Below are positions 1 to 14,120 of a DNA stretch of 64,000 bases, one piece after another; within the stretch, counting starts at the first letter, position 1, and the number at the start of each line of letters is the position of its first letter. The notes under the pieces were generated by a model. That model made no database searches, had not been told where the DNA came from, and saw only the letters and a list, made by a program, of their open reading frames with translations. Source of the DNA: the human T2T-CHM13v2.0 reference genome, Homo sapiens; assembly GCF_009914755.1 (NCBI RefSeq), contig NC_060934.1. One strand, written 5' to 3'. The translations under genes and the position numbers were made by a program.

Positions 1-231
1 AACCTCTAAGTCTAATACTCCCACAGATCATGGCAGATTTCTCATTTTGTGAACCTAGTGACTTGATTTCCATTTCCTCTTAATTTCTTGAAAAGGGACT
101 CCCCCCGCTTTTTTGTGAGCTTCATACATATAGAAAATAATTCTGATTACTATATTTTATTCACCATTTCTGTATGCTTGGAGTGAGAATGTAGTCGGTG
201 TTAGCTCTATCTGACTTGTTTTAAAATTCTA

Positions 232-535
232 TTTTTTTTTTTTTTTTTTTTTTGAGACGGATTCTCGCTCTGTCTCCCAGGCTGGAGTACAGTGGCGCGT
301 TTTTGGCTGACTGCAAACTCCACCTCCTGGATTCAAGCACTTATCCTGCCTCAGCCTCCCAAATAGCTGGGATTACAGGTGCCCGCTGCCACACCCAGTT
401 AATTTTTGCATTTTTAGTAGAGACAGGGTTTCACCATGTTGGCCAGGCTGTTCTTGAACTCCTGACCTCAGGTGATCCACCCACCTTGGCCTCCCAAAGT
501 GCTAGGATTACAGGCGTGAGCCACTGTGCCCAGCC
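232..535 (-). mobile_element. AluS (AluSx/Sz-like), full length
   Basis: Poly-T then antisense Alu body ending GAGCCACTGTGCCCAGCC; 18-bp TSD GACTTGTTTTAAAATTCT at 213-230 and 536-553. Confidence 0.97.
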
Positions 536-1073
536 GACTTGTTTTAAAATTCTTATTTCTTAACATAGTCATACACTATTTTTCACTTTTTTTACCTAAT
601 AATTAATTTTGTGATTATTCTGTATCAATAACCATACATTGCTTGTCTTTTTAACAGTTTTTAATAGTATTCCACTGTAATAATGTAGAATAATTCATAT
701 AACCAGGCATTGACTATTTTCAATATTTTTAAACTATCAAAAAAGTGTTGTCACTGTACAAAGTGTGGAAAATACAGAAAATTTTGCTGTATATCCTTTT
801 AGTCCTTTTTCTTTCATACATATTGAGTTTTTATGTAAACTTGTTATATAATTTACTAAGCTAATGTATCATTTTAAAATGGTGAGCATGCTTTATATCC
901 TTAAATACTCTTCAGGAACTGCTATGGCAGTGTGGTGGTTCACTTTAGATATGTAGCACCATTTTAAGTGTTTAAATTAATTTATGTATCTAGTTGAAAA
1001 ACAATAATTGTAAATATTTATAGGGTATAATGTGATGTTTTGAGATATAGATATATGTATTATAGAAAGATTA

Positions 1074-1407
<334 letters not shown>

Positions 1408-1678
1408 AAACTAACATAACCATCACCTCACCTACTTATATTTTTACACTGAAAACATTTAAATCTACTCTCTTAGCAATTCTGAAATATACAAGATGTT
1501 ATTATTCATTATAGTCAGCATGCTGTGCAATAGATCACCAAAACTAATTCCTCTTGCCTAAATGAAACTTGGCACTCTTTGATCAATATCTCCCTTTTCC
1601 TCCTCTCAAGCCTCAGGTAGCCACCATTCTACTCTGTTTCTATGAGATTTATTTTTCTAGATTCCACATATAAGTGAG

Positions 1679-2073
1679 TGATATAGTTTGGATGCTTGTC
1701 CCTTCCAAACCTCATGTTGTAATGTGATCCCTAGTGTTGGAGGCAGGGCCTGATGGGAGGTGTTTGGGCCATGGGGGCGGATCCATCTTGAATGACTTGG
1801 TGCCTTCCCTGTGATAATGAGCTCATACCAAATCTGGTTAAAGAGACTGGCACCTCTCTCCTCTCATCGTTGCTCCCCCTCTCATCGAGTAATGTGTCTG
1901 CTCGCCCTTCACCTTCCACCATGATTGGAAACTTCCTGAGGACTCACCAGAAGCAGATACTGGCACCATGCTTCTTGGACAGCGTGTAAAACTGCAAGCC
2001 AAATAAACCTCTTCCTTGATAAATTACTCAGCCTCAAGTGTTCCTTTATAGCAATGCAAAATGGGCCAACACA
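1679..2073 (+). mobile_element. MaLR solo LTR (MSTB-like)
   Basis: TG...CA termini (TGATATAGTTTGGATG...GGGCCAACACA), AATAAACCTCTT poly(A) region, 5-bp TSD GTGAG/GTAAG. Confidence 0.88.
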
Positions 2074-2430
2074 GTAAGATTATGTGGTATTTGCCTTTCT
2101 GTGTCTGACTTATTTCACTTAACATAATGTCCCCAAGGCAGAATCCATGTTGTCGTAATGACAGAATTTTCCTTTTTCCGGGCTGTATAATATTCTTTTG
2201 TGTATATATATCTATCACATTTTCTTTACTCATTCATTTGTTGATGAACACTTAGGTTGCTTCTATATCTTGGCTATTATGAATGATGCTGAAATGAACA
2301 CAGGAGTGCAGATATCTCTTTGACATACTGATTTCAACTCTTTTGCATATATACCCAGAAATGGGGCTGCTGAATCATATGCTAATTCTATTTTTGAGTT
2401 TTTGAAGAAACTCCATACTGCTTTTCATTT

Positions 2431-3140
<710 letters not shown>

Positions 3141-3760
3141 TAGAAAGAGCACAGGTGTGTTTCCTCTATGAACCCTCACATATTTCAGAATAGCTTTCTA
3201 TTTTTATCATGAACGATTAACAACTTTATTGATATATCTTGGGTCTCATAGCAAAGCAGAAAAAGTTCATCCAGACTTGGGTTTCCTCCTATGTCAGGCA
3301 GATGTGCACTCCCTGAATTCCCTCACAATCCACCAATTTGAAGTTACAATCTTCCTGCAGGGCTTAAACCACCAGGCTGATTAGTAAAATTTTCAGTTCA
3401 GTTATCGCTCAGCCTGTGTAACTGTAGATAAAGCCTGGAATATGGGGAGCCCCGAGCAGAGGAATCCTATCTCTGAGCAGTTTTTCCTTTGTAATTGTTA
3501 CCAAGCAAAACTGTTGGGCTGGTGCTTCCAGGCCTCCATACCTCACTTAGCCCACCTGGTACTTTGGCTAAGTCGTGAGACCCTCACGTACAACTGACTC
3601 TCTGTGGGCCATTACCATGGAAACCCAGGAATCTCCATGCTACTTCTGTAGAATGCAGCTTATTCCAAGTGGGGGAAGGGGTTTCACATCTTACACTCTC
3701 TGCCTCATATTAGCTTCCACTTCCTCCCCTATTGTTAGTGAGTATTAGTGGGGCTCTGAC

Positions 3761-4058
3761 TTTTTTTTTTTTTTTTTTTTTTGAGACAGAGTCTCGCTCT
3801 GTCGCCCAGGCTGGAGTGGAGTGTTGTCATCTCTGCTCACTGCAGCCTTTGCCTCCTGGGTTCAAGCAATTCTGCCTCAGCCTCCCGAGCGGCTGGGACT
3901 ATAGGCATGCACTGCCGCAGCCGGCTAATTTTTGTATTTTTAGTAGAGATGGGGTTTCACCAAGTTCGCCAGGATGGTCTTGATCTCCTGACCTCATGAT
4001 CTACCCACCTTGACCTCCCAAAGTGCTGGGATTACAGGCATGAGCCACCGCTCCCGGC
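3761..4058 (-). mobile_element. AluSc-like
   Basis: Poly-T, antisense Alu with AGGATGGTCTTGATCTCCTGACCTCATGATC diagnostic. Confidence 0.94.
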
Positions 4059-4439
4059 TGGCATATATATATATATAAATCCTGACTTACCCTACCAGTG
4101 TAGTGCTTTCTCTAGATGCTAAGATGTCTCTTTAACATTTTGCTCAGTTAGTTCTCATTTGTACAATATCTCACCAAAAATCCTCGAAGTGTTTGGTACA
4201 GGTATGACACCCTTCTCATTTTTCCACCTTGGATGCAGCTTTTTAATTTTTCTTCATCCCTTTGGCTATGTACTTGGAGTTTTCAGAGGATGGAGTACAA
4301 GTTCAGCAACTCTGTGAATTTCATCACCTCACTGGAAAGTTTGGTCTTTGACTTTTTGAAGTGCAGCAGTGTGGTTAGGTATTATGATTTTTAAATTTTG
4401 GCATATATAGAAATTTACCAGCAGTGTAAAATGGAGACA

Positions 4440-4780
4440 CCAGCCTCTTACCTCCAGAGATTCTGATTCAGTAACTCTGACATGCACTATATAATCTATA
4501 TTTATAATAACTACCTCTCCTGGTGATTCTGATATAGGTCACCCTACACTTTAAGAAATCCCAATGTAAAGAAAAAAAGAACAAAACCAGTGGTTCCTCA
4601 AGAGTGGATTATAGAAGCTGAGTGCCTCAGCTTCACCTAGAAACTTGTTTGGAAAGGAAATGTATACACTCTGACTAACATAGACCTGCTGAATGAGAAA
4701 GTCTGAAGTTTTTCCCAGTGATCTGTATTTTAACAAGCCCTCCAGTGGTTTCTGATACACACGCAAGTTAGAAAATTGCT
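4440..4780. mobile_element. Two adjacent MER5-family (hAT-Charlie) MITE remnants
   Basis: CCAGAGATTCTGATTCAGTA; CAGTGGTTCCTCAA...ATCTGTATTTTAACAAGCCCTCCAGTGGTTTCTGATACACACGCAAGTTAGAAAATTGCTG resemble MER5A. Confidence 0.7.
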
Positions 4781-4999
4781 GAAATAGTGAGTCAAAAACC
4801 ACACGTCCTAATCTGAGCTCTGTCTCTATCTCAGTGGCCAAAGGGAAGGTATTCTCTCTCTCTGAATCTCATCTTCTCAGTTTATAACATGAAGATAAAA
4901 GGCTGAGTATCTCCAAAGTCCTTTAAGGTTAATCTCCAAAATTTTTAACCTCCAAAAAATTAAAAATTTGCTCCATGTTGTTGTTTTTTTTTTTCCTGA

Positions 5000-5380
<381 letters not shown>

Positions 5381-5937
5381 CACATCCACTGTATTTCACA
5401 AGAGCTAATCAATCAAGCCCAGAATCATTTAAAATATACGTATAAATGTTAACAATAATCCTGAGTAGAGACTGCATCTAAATCCTCCACATAGTCCATC
5501 GACAAATAGCTGTTTTTCTTTCTTTTCTGGCTCTCTTTTTAAATATGAAAAGGCTGGGTTCCACTGGCATGTGTTTCACCCAGCTCATTTTCTTCATCTG
5601 GCTCATTTGATCTTAATTACTAGGGCTAGTTCTTGAATTGCAGCAGCTTGTTTTAAGGAGCTTATGGCAGAAGGTGCAAAGCACAGGCAGCCGACAATGT
5701 GTTACTAAAAGGAGAAGAAATTTTCTTTTACATAAGAAGCCATATGCAGTCCAAATTTATCCATACTGTATCACTGAAATGTGTATTTTAAAACTTCATC
5801 TATGATTTTTCACAGGTATGGGTTTCATTCTCTTGTGTATTTGACAAAGAACCTCCAAAAAACAGACTCAGCTTTTTTAAAAGTCCATTTCAAAATATTC
5901 CCAGATCGCTCCTATTGGCAACATGAAGGGTCCTCAC

Positions 5938-6081
5938 CCATTGCCTCCTCTTGGAAGGTTTTTGTTGCCCATCTCAGATCATCCTTCTCCCTACAGCTCC
6001 CTCAGCTTGTAGGTCTCAAAGGTCATGTTGTCAAGGTGCCGTTTTCTTGAAAACAGCAAAACTGTGAAAGTTCCCACATTC
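5938..6081 (-). other. Candidate 144-nt non-coding internal exon
   Basis: Minus strand: long polypyrimidine tract CTCCCTCTCCTTTCATTCCCTTCCGCTCTTGTAG|GAATG acceptor and TGG|GTGAGG donor; stop codons in all three frames. Confidence 0.35.
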
Positions 6082-7579
6082 CTACAAGAGCGGAAGGGAA
6101 TGAAAGGAGAGGGAGTTTGCTCTTTCTCTGGGTCCTGAGTCCTCTGGCTGTTTCAATGACAGACAGCAGGTCCCTGGAGCTTCCGCCTTCGACGCCTTAG
6201 AGAACACCTGTAAAGCATCAAAGCCACGGCACGTGGCAGAGTGCCAGCCATCTGGACGTGGCCTTTTGCAACTCTCCATCATCAACTTGCTTCTCCTTTG
6301 AAATCTTGTCTTGAACACTGTATCCCTCTTCCCCTCTCCGACTTCATTTGCTGCCACCCTCCTTCAGCAACAGGCCTTTGAGAGAACACATTAGACACTC
6401 AGTCCTTCCTGAGTTTTTTCTTCTACAACAACTGCTCTGTCTCACCATCATCCTTGGAGTTTCATGTTTCCAACTGTGGCACCTACAAAATCTAATTGCT
6501 TGGCACCACATTTCTGACATCACAGTCTGTTGCCATGGGAAAGAGCCACCGATTCAGTGTGATGACTTCTCTGCCAGAAGGAGGGAATGCAGTGAGAGGG
6601 AGACAACATTTGTTTAAGCATAAATATCTTTGATATTTAGCAAAGCGGCAAGAGACCCTATGGAAGACAACAGAGGAAGCAAAAATTCCAATTTATAGGA
6701 TGCTTTGCTTTCAGGATTCTCCTTTAGTGAAAATCAGATGTTCAGCTTCCTTCAGGGCTTCCCATTGTGCAAGAATTTCAAAGTGATTATTCCTTTGACT
6801 TTAGGGTTCATTGGAAATAATATCAGAGTTTGAAAGCATGTGGAGTTCAAAAAGCCGTATATCCCTTAAAATGCTACATCTGCTTTTCCATGTTGCTGTC
6901 AGATGATTATCTTGTTAAAAAGATGAGCAGCAGTCATTCTAAATAGATTGCTCATCTCAGCACAGCCTTTCCAACACAGCCAGTTTCAGACAGTTGAAGC
7001 TAGCTTCTTCCTTCTGTGCTTCTGCTAAGACCCCACATCTGCCAGGAGTAAACCCTCCTAATCATGCCTTCTGTTGAATTTACAGGAGTTCTATGAACAG
7101 TGTTTGCAAGGGCCTTGCCAAAACTCAAAGTCCTCTCTCATCACATGGATGCAACTATTAACTGGAAACTTGAGAACACCGCATCTGGAAAATTTCAAAA
7201 GTTATAGTGTAATTTTCACCTAATGGTAACTTAGAATTCTGAGTAAAAGAGCGAATTTGAGTAAATGTATCTAACTCTTCTAGACAACTTTTCTTGATTC
7301 CTATTAAAGCGGAATTAAAAAAAAAAAAGAGGACAAACTATATTATTTGCTGGATAGTAGATACTCTAGATTCACACCTGAAACTTTTGGATATTTCTGC
7401 AAATGAAACTGAATCAAAGATGAGGACTATCCTGATGATGTACTGCCTGCATGAAAAGTCATGGTTTGCCTCAGAGGCTCTGTGGTGAAACTCCACCAGC
7501 CTTCCCTAATTAGACAGGCAAAATCTTAAATAAGTGTAGGCTGTGGGTCAATTGGGAACTTCCTCTCAGTCTCATCAGA

Positions 7580-7607
7580 CCTGGGAGATATGCCTGGGAG
7601 ATATGCC
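7580..7607. repeat. 13-bp perfect tandem duplication CCTGGGAGATATG x2
   Basis: Read directly from sequence. Confidence 0.9.
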
Positions 7608-8166
7608 GGGCAGCACAGTACATATCTAACTGGAAACCCAAAGTGATGCTTACTCAATTTTCATTTGCAATAGGAGTCCCTATTGCACAGTTAGAGGGGC
7701 CCTGTAAAGTCTTTACCCACCAGTTGGGCTGGGTAAAGACTACAGCTGCCATGTCAAATGTGGAAAAGAGACCCTTGAGCAGAGAAGGTGACCTCTTGGT
7801 TGCAACTCTTCCATTCTTATTTCCCACTTTTCTCCACAAGTTGCTGGATGTCTGAAGTATGACACAAGACCAGAATAAACCCACAGATTCCTTCTTCCCC
7901 AGTCTACAAGGTCTGGAGTATTTGAACAGGGGTCACAATAGCCGAGAGAAAAACCAAACTGGCTTGCAACACTAGCCATGGATATAACTTTGGAGGGGGC
8001 AGGTCATAGATATGTGAAAAGGTGTTGAAGTCCAAAGACAAGGGAGCATACAGAGGAATCAACATGAAAGTCTTCTACCAAATCCTTGCTGCAGGAAACA
8101 GAACAACTGAGCCATTTTCTAATCTATTTTCTCAAGAAAATCAAAAGAAGTGACTACTTACTTCCA

Positions 8167-8380
8167 GGCAATGTAGAGTAGTGGTTACGACTCTGTGTGC
8201 TTTAACAAGTTTAAAGCTCAGCTCTGCTACTTATGATCATCAGTAAATCACTAAAACTGTCCTGTCTCAATTTTTCAACTTGTAAATTGGGGTGTTAATA
8301 TTTACCAAATAGGATTATTGTGCATTTCAAATAATATAATTCATTTATGCACCTGGAAAATATGTGAGGCACATATTAAT
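8167..8380 (+). mobile_element. MIR SINE
   Basis: GTAGTGGTTA...CAGCTCTGCTACTTA...TGTCTCAATTTTTCAACTTGTAAATTGGGG...ATAGGATTATTGTG resembles the MIR core. Confidence 0.7.
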
Positions 8381-8480
8381 TTTACAATGAAAATAATTAG
8401 GAAACTAGTCCAGACAATCATAAATGAACAAACTAAAATCAGTAAAGACAGGAGGACATAAATACACCATTTCTGTATTT

Positions 8481-8533
8481 AAAAAGATCAAAGCCATGAA
8501 ACAGCAAAAAGATCAACAAAGTCATGAAACAGC
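8481..8533. repeat. Imperfect 25/28-bp tandem duplication
   Basis: AAAAAGATCAAAGCCATGAAACAGC followed by AAAAAGATCAACAAAGTCATGAAACAGC. Confidence 0.8.
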
Positions 8534-8977
8534 AAATTGAATACTACTGAAACAGAGCTGTGTATTAGATAAGTGTTAGCATTCCTTCCAAAAGTCAGCA
8601 GAAAATGATGAAAAGAGCAAAAAAAATGAGTATATTTAAATAATCATGGAAAAGGTGATACAAATCCCAATATATCATACAATAATCTTTCCAAGGAAGA
8701 AAAATAACAAATAAAAAACACCCCAAAGAAGTTATAAAGTAACTTCTGATAAAAATTGTGAAGTAATTTTCTGCTGTGTGCACTCTCCTTCCAAATACCA
8801 ACAATAAAGTATAATGAGAGAAAACCAAAAGACACAGGTGGAACTCCATATAAAAAATCTACATGAACATCAAAGGAAATAGAAATACTAAGTAGTAAGT
8901 TGTTTCCAGGTTAGAAGCAGGTAGTGAAAGCTCCTGAGGAGTAAAAGGGAACAAAATATTCCATTCAGAACAGTTAT

Positions 8978-9073
8978 CCTTTCAACCAATATTTATTGAG
9001 CCAGGTGCTGCATAATAATTGGGGATATATCAGTGAACCAAACAAATCTCTCTTATAGGAGCTTATATTCTGG
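8978..9073 (-). mobile_element. L2 3' end fragment
   Basis: TTCAACCAATATTTATTGAG...CCAGGTGCT...GGGGATATATCAGTGAAC...GGAGCTTATATTCT. Confidence 0.7.
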
Positions 9074-9084
9074 AGAAGACAGTC

Positions 9085-10630
9085 CCATTACAGCAAGTCA
9101 AGGGATGTATGTAACTTACCAGCAGCCTAGTGCAATTACGGGAACTTTTATGAGTAACTGATAGGAAGGAGGAGGAAAGAAAGCTAATGGGTTGGCTCAG
9201 TATATGGGTGCAAACCAACAATGGACAGCACCTTCTCTGCTGCCCTATTCAGGGTTGGCTTAGAAAGAAATGCTGTAGTCCAGGAAGTCCTCCCAATGGG
9301 CAAAGCCTCAAGCAGTGAGTCTGATCATTCATTTAGTGAGCAAAATCTGAGATAAGAATATATACAGATTTATAGTCAGTGGCAAATGAGTTGGCCAGAT
9401 GGTCTAGAGTCTGGAAGGAAAAAGATTAGATTAGAGACAAGGAGTTCTGGGAAGAGGTCTGTGGATTGGCCTGCAGGAGTGGGCATGAAATGTAGAGATC
9501 TTTGACTGCATGGTATCGCCTGCCAGAAAGCGTCTAGCATGTAAGGTGCATGAAGAAGCCAAGTACAAAAAAATAATGTGGCCAGTGAATGTCAGAGAGC
9601 ATCTGCCCTTGGCCATGCTGATGCTGGCAAAGTGAGCATGTGAACCGAGTTACCTGGTGGCAGAGATGGAAGCTATCTATGAGCCCAGCGGCACAGGCCC
9701 CCACAAGTCTTTGAACTAGACTAAGCGGCCCACTTTACACAAAAGAGGTTCATAAGTCTGTACCTGACCACAAATTCCCTGGTAATATCATATTCCACAT
9801 CACCCAGAAGCTACTACTGTCTTAATAGAGTAATGAAATGGTCTGTTGAGAACATAGCTAAGGTATCAACTCAGAGGTATCTACCAAGGGAGGCACCATT
9901 CTCTAGGGTGGAACATATACCCTATATATTAGTCTGTTCTCATACTACTATGAAGAAATACCCAAGACTGGATAATTTACAAAGGAAAGAGGTTTAATTG
10001 ACTCACAATTATGCATTGCTGGGGATGCCTCAGGAAACTTACAATTATGGCAGGAGGCAAAGGAGAAGCAGGTATCTTCTTCATAGGGCAGCAGGACAGA
10101 GTGAGAGCAAGCAGGGGAAATTCCAGATGCTTATAAAACCATCAGATCTCATGAGACTCACTATCATGAGAACAGCATGGGGGAAAGCATCCCCATGATC
10201 TAATTTCCTTCACCTGGTCCCGCCCTTGACATGGGGATTATGAGGATTACGGGGCTCACAATTCAAGATGATTTTGGGTGGGGCACAGCCAAACCATATC
10301 AATCAGTGATTATTGAATGATTCCAGGTCTCCAACAGGTAGAAAACACAGGAGCAAAGGGTGGAAGGAGTGGTCCTGCTCATCATTACTTCCAGTATCCC
10401 ACTTAAGAATTTGGGCTTCTTGTCTATTACAACTCTGGCCTCTGCAGGTTTACAAGTCTTGGTTCCCAAAAAGAGGCCGATACTTCCTATAGGAGTCACA
10501 GCAAGAATCTCATTGAGCTTTCAGCTATAATAGCTACCTGGACGCTTTGGGTTTCTTATGCCAAAGAATTCTCTAGCGAAAAAAGAAAAGTTACATTCTT
10601 GGCAGAGGCAATTGACTGGGATCTTCAGAA
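9085..10630 (+). mobile_element. ERVL-class internal (pol RNase H to integrase/dUTPase-like) remnant, split by a THE1 LTR
   Basis: From 9358 translates IYTDL*SVANELARWSRVWKE, matching the ERVL RNase H motif IYTDS.AVANGLA.WS..WK; QWA upstream; many stops and frameshifts. Confidence 0.75.
9925..10301 (-). mobile_element. MaLR solo LTR (THE1D/MSTA-like)
   Basis: TATATTAGTCTGTTCTCA...AATTCAAGATGATTTTGGGTGGGGCACAGCCAAACCATATCA; CCTCAGGAAACTTACAAT diagnostic. Confidence 0.93.
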
Positions 10631-11409
10631 TATCCAAGGCAGACACTGATAAAATAAACCAAAGGAAAGAGTCTGACTGTATCAATAATAAATGTAATAT
10701 AAATGGATTACATTGATCTGCTGAAAGACAGAGATTCTCAGGATAGATTTAAAAGCAAAAAAGTTATCTGTTGTTCTAAAGAGTTACACTTAAAACTATG
10801 ATCAAAAGTTTAAATGAAGTAATAAAATCAACAAACCAGGGCAATCACTCTTGACAGTCAGTAGTTTAAATCTTCTGAAAAGATATCCAACTGAAAAACA
10901 CCAAAATGCCAAAGTCTGAGAAACATACTTAAATTGCATCATAACATTTTCAATAATCTAAGAAAAAAAATCCCAGGAATTTAAAAAAGATAAACCTAGA
11001 TTATTAAATCAGAATGATAAAAGATCTTGGAAACCAATAATGCTCTAGGAGCAAATGCCTGGAAAATAAAATAAAATCAGACATCAGTGTGTAATGACAC
11101 TTGTGCCAACTCCTGACAGGTACCTGAACTTGAGAACTCTGCGTAAAGTTGCATACCCTGAAAGTGATTTTACTTTCAGTAAAAAAGGTGGGCTTGGGGG
11201 GAAACAAAATCTATCTTCATCAGGAAAACAAAAAGATCTGTGTCTGACATAGCTCCATAGAACACAGGGAAGTTTTCCGTGAGAAGCTCTAACCATTGGC
11301 TGGTCCTGAATGCTTAACACTTACACTTACTGTAACTTACTCAAACTTATACTTACTGTAAGATCCAGGACACCTCGAATACAGGAACTAAATTAAAGTA
11401 GTCCTCAAA

Positions 11410-12890
11410 ATTTGAAAATCAATGTATTCATCATTTTAACAGATGAAAGAGAAAATCTATATGACTATCTCAATAATTACAGGAAAAGTATTTGATAAAA
11501 TCCACATCCTTTAAAAAAAAAAAACCTCGGTAACTTAAGAATGAAATTAGTTAGCCTGATAAGAAACATTTACAAAAATTAAAGTTGGGGAGAGAGAGAG
11601 AATAAGAATAAACATCAGCTAACATCAATTTTAATGGTGAAAAATTAAATGTTCTTCCCATACCATGAGAACAAATACAAGATATTCTCTTTTATAGCTC
11701 CTATTCAATATCATATTGGAAGTCCTAACCATTGCAACAAGACATGATTAAAAGGGCATAAAAAGGACATGATTCTGGGAAGAATGAAATAAAACTGTCT
11801 TTATTCACAGATGATATGATTTTTCTAGGTAGAAAAATCTAAAATCATCTACAAAAAACTAAAAAGTGATTAGGATAAAAGTTCTTAAAAGTTCTCAGGA
11901 TAAAAGGTCACATATATTTACATACTTACTATAATTCTATGCACTGAAAAAATAAACACTGAATTTGAAATTTTTAAAATTATCATTTAAATGTCACCAA
12001 AATTTCTTATAAATGTAACAAAATACATGTGAAATCTGTAAGCTGACAACTATAAAATACCAATGAAAGAAATCAAAGACTTAAATAAAGAGGTATCACA
12101 TGTTCATAAAACAGAAGAAGTCAACTTCTAAATATTGTTAAGAAGTCAAGTCTCCCAAATGGATCCATAGATTCAATACAAACTTAATCAAAACACCAGC
12201 CAAATTTTTTATAGATAACAACATGATTTCAAAATTTATATGAAAAGGAAAAGGAACTAGAATGTCAAGCAATTTGGAAATATAAAGATGAAGTTGGAGG
12301 TCTCGTACTACCTAATTTCAAGAATAACTATAAAGACTTTACATTACTATAAAGCTATATAGACTTACTATCAAGTCATCATGATACTGGCAAACAGAGA
12401 GGCACATAGGTCATTGGAACAGAGAGAAGAGAAATAGAATCATACAAATATAGTCAAATAACTTTTGACAAAGGCACAAAAATAATTTAATACAAGAGTG
12501 TTTTTTCAAGAAATGATGCTGGACAAACTGGATTTTCATATGCAAAAGAAAGGAATCTCCACCATACTTTATAGCACAACTAACTCAAAATTGACCAGAT
12601 ATGGAACATAAAAGTAGTACTTCTAGAAGAAAAATTTAGAGAAACTCTTTGCATCCTTGAAGTTAGCAAAAGATTTTTAGACATATGCGTAAAGTACTAT
12701 CTGTTAAAGAAAACTTTTATAATATAAACTTATTAAAATTTAGAACTTTTTCTTAGTATTAAGAGAATGAAAAGACAACTTACAGGTGGGGAGAAAATAT
12801 TTGCTAATCTCCTTTCTGACCAAGAACTTGTAGCCAGAAAACATAAAAAATTGTCAAAACTCAACAACAAGAAAACAAATAATTCAAATT
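11410..12890 (+). mobile_element. Old L1M ORF2 remnant
   Basis: L1 ORF2 motifs (TATTTGATAAAATCC, CTCCTATTCAATATCATATTGGAAGTCCTA, GATCCATAGATTCAATACA, GGGAGAAAATATTTGC), no intact frame. Confidence 0.85.
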
Positions 12891-12904
12891 TCTCTGGAAG
12901 AGGA

Positions 12905-13810
12905 CAACTTTTACTTCAACCCAAAATGGTATGACAAAAGCTAAATTTATTCCTCCACATAAAATGACCAAAAACAGAAGACATATTTAAAATAATGGTT
13001 TTCAAGACTCTGGATATCAACCAGGCAGTGTGAACAGAGGTCTCTGAATAACGGGAAACAAACAAAGTGAGTCCTATGATTGCCCCAGCAATTTTGAGTT
13101 TCCAGGCAGTAGTTTAGAGAGATTGAACCCAGGTGGAATTCTCCTTGATAGGAAGAGATAGAGTTGAGAATCCAAGGAGACCAAGGGCAGCCAGAGTTTG
13201 CAGGACAGCACACCAGAAAGGACGGAGCTGCATAGAGAGGGAACTCTAGAGATCTGCGAAGGGTCTTCCTCCAATATTTTGACCCATGTACATGCAAAAG
13301 GATCCTCTCTGAGGCTGGGGAAAAGACCATCCCAAGAATTAGAGAGACCAGTAGTTAGAACTCTCATAAGACATGGTTGGAATAGTGCCTCCTTCCACCA
13401 TTCAGACTGGAAAACTTCATCATTCATGGGGCACTGATTATGGTACGCAGAAGAGTGTTGCCTCAGTGCTGAGGAATTAGCCCAAGACTAAATCAGAAGC
13501 CATGGTATCTCCTAACAAATCTATGAAGCAAGACCCAAAAGGATGACTCTGTTGTCACAAAACCTAACAGCATCCCGGATCAATGTTCAAAAATATTTAT
13601 CAGAATATAAATATATCAGATAAGAGTCTCAATGTTTGGCATCCAGTTAAAGATTATCAAGTATGAAAAGAAGGAGGAAAATTTGACTCATAATAAGGAG
13701 AAAAAGTAGTAAGTGGAAACCAGCCCAGAACTGATAGAGATGCTAGAATTATCATGCAAGGATATTAAAATGCCTATTATTATAATCATATTTCATATGT
13801 TCAAAGAAGA
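12905..13810 (+). mobile_element. Ancient L1M 5' region (L1MC/MD 5'-end-like)
   Basis: ATGGTTTTCAAGACTCTGGATATCA...GGGAAACAAACAAAGTGAGTCCTATGATTGCCCCAG and downstream ORF1-like CCAGAACTGATAGAGATGCTAGAATTA. Confidence 0.6.
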
Positions 13811-14120
13811 GAAAATGTGTAATATTAGAAATCTAAAAATAGACATAAATACATATACAGCAGAAGTGATAAAGATAATAAAAACATATAATGAAAAACA
13901 AGAAAAAATTGAAAACTCAGACAAAACAAATTTCTGGAAAAAAGAATACTACAATTCAATCAAGAAGTAGAAAACATTTTGCCCAATAAATGAAATGTGC
14001 AGACTCTGGAAAAGATTATCCGGGTTCTCTCACTTATATCTATGTGACCTTAAACCTGAGAGTTGTTCTGAAAAGCTAAATGAGTCTATATAGGTTAAGT
14101 ATTTAGAATAGTGCCTAGTG

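Noticed and set aside
252-563. 103-aa ORF and the many similar ORFs containing [24 protein letters not shown] or SQSAGITG
   Set aside because: These are translations of Alu sequence, not genes; many begin at non-ATG codons
6082-6357. 91-aa minus-strand ORF in unique sequence
   Set aside because: Non-ATG start, no recognisable homology, and its 3' end is the polypyrimidine tract of a candidate splice acceptor
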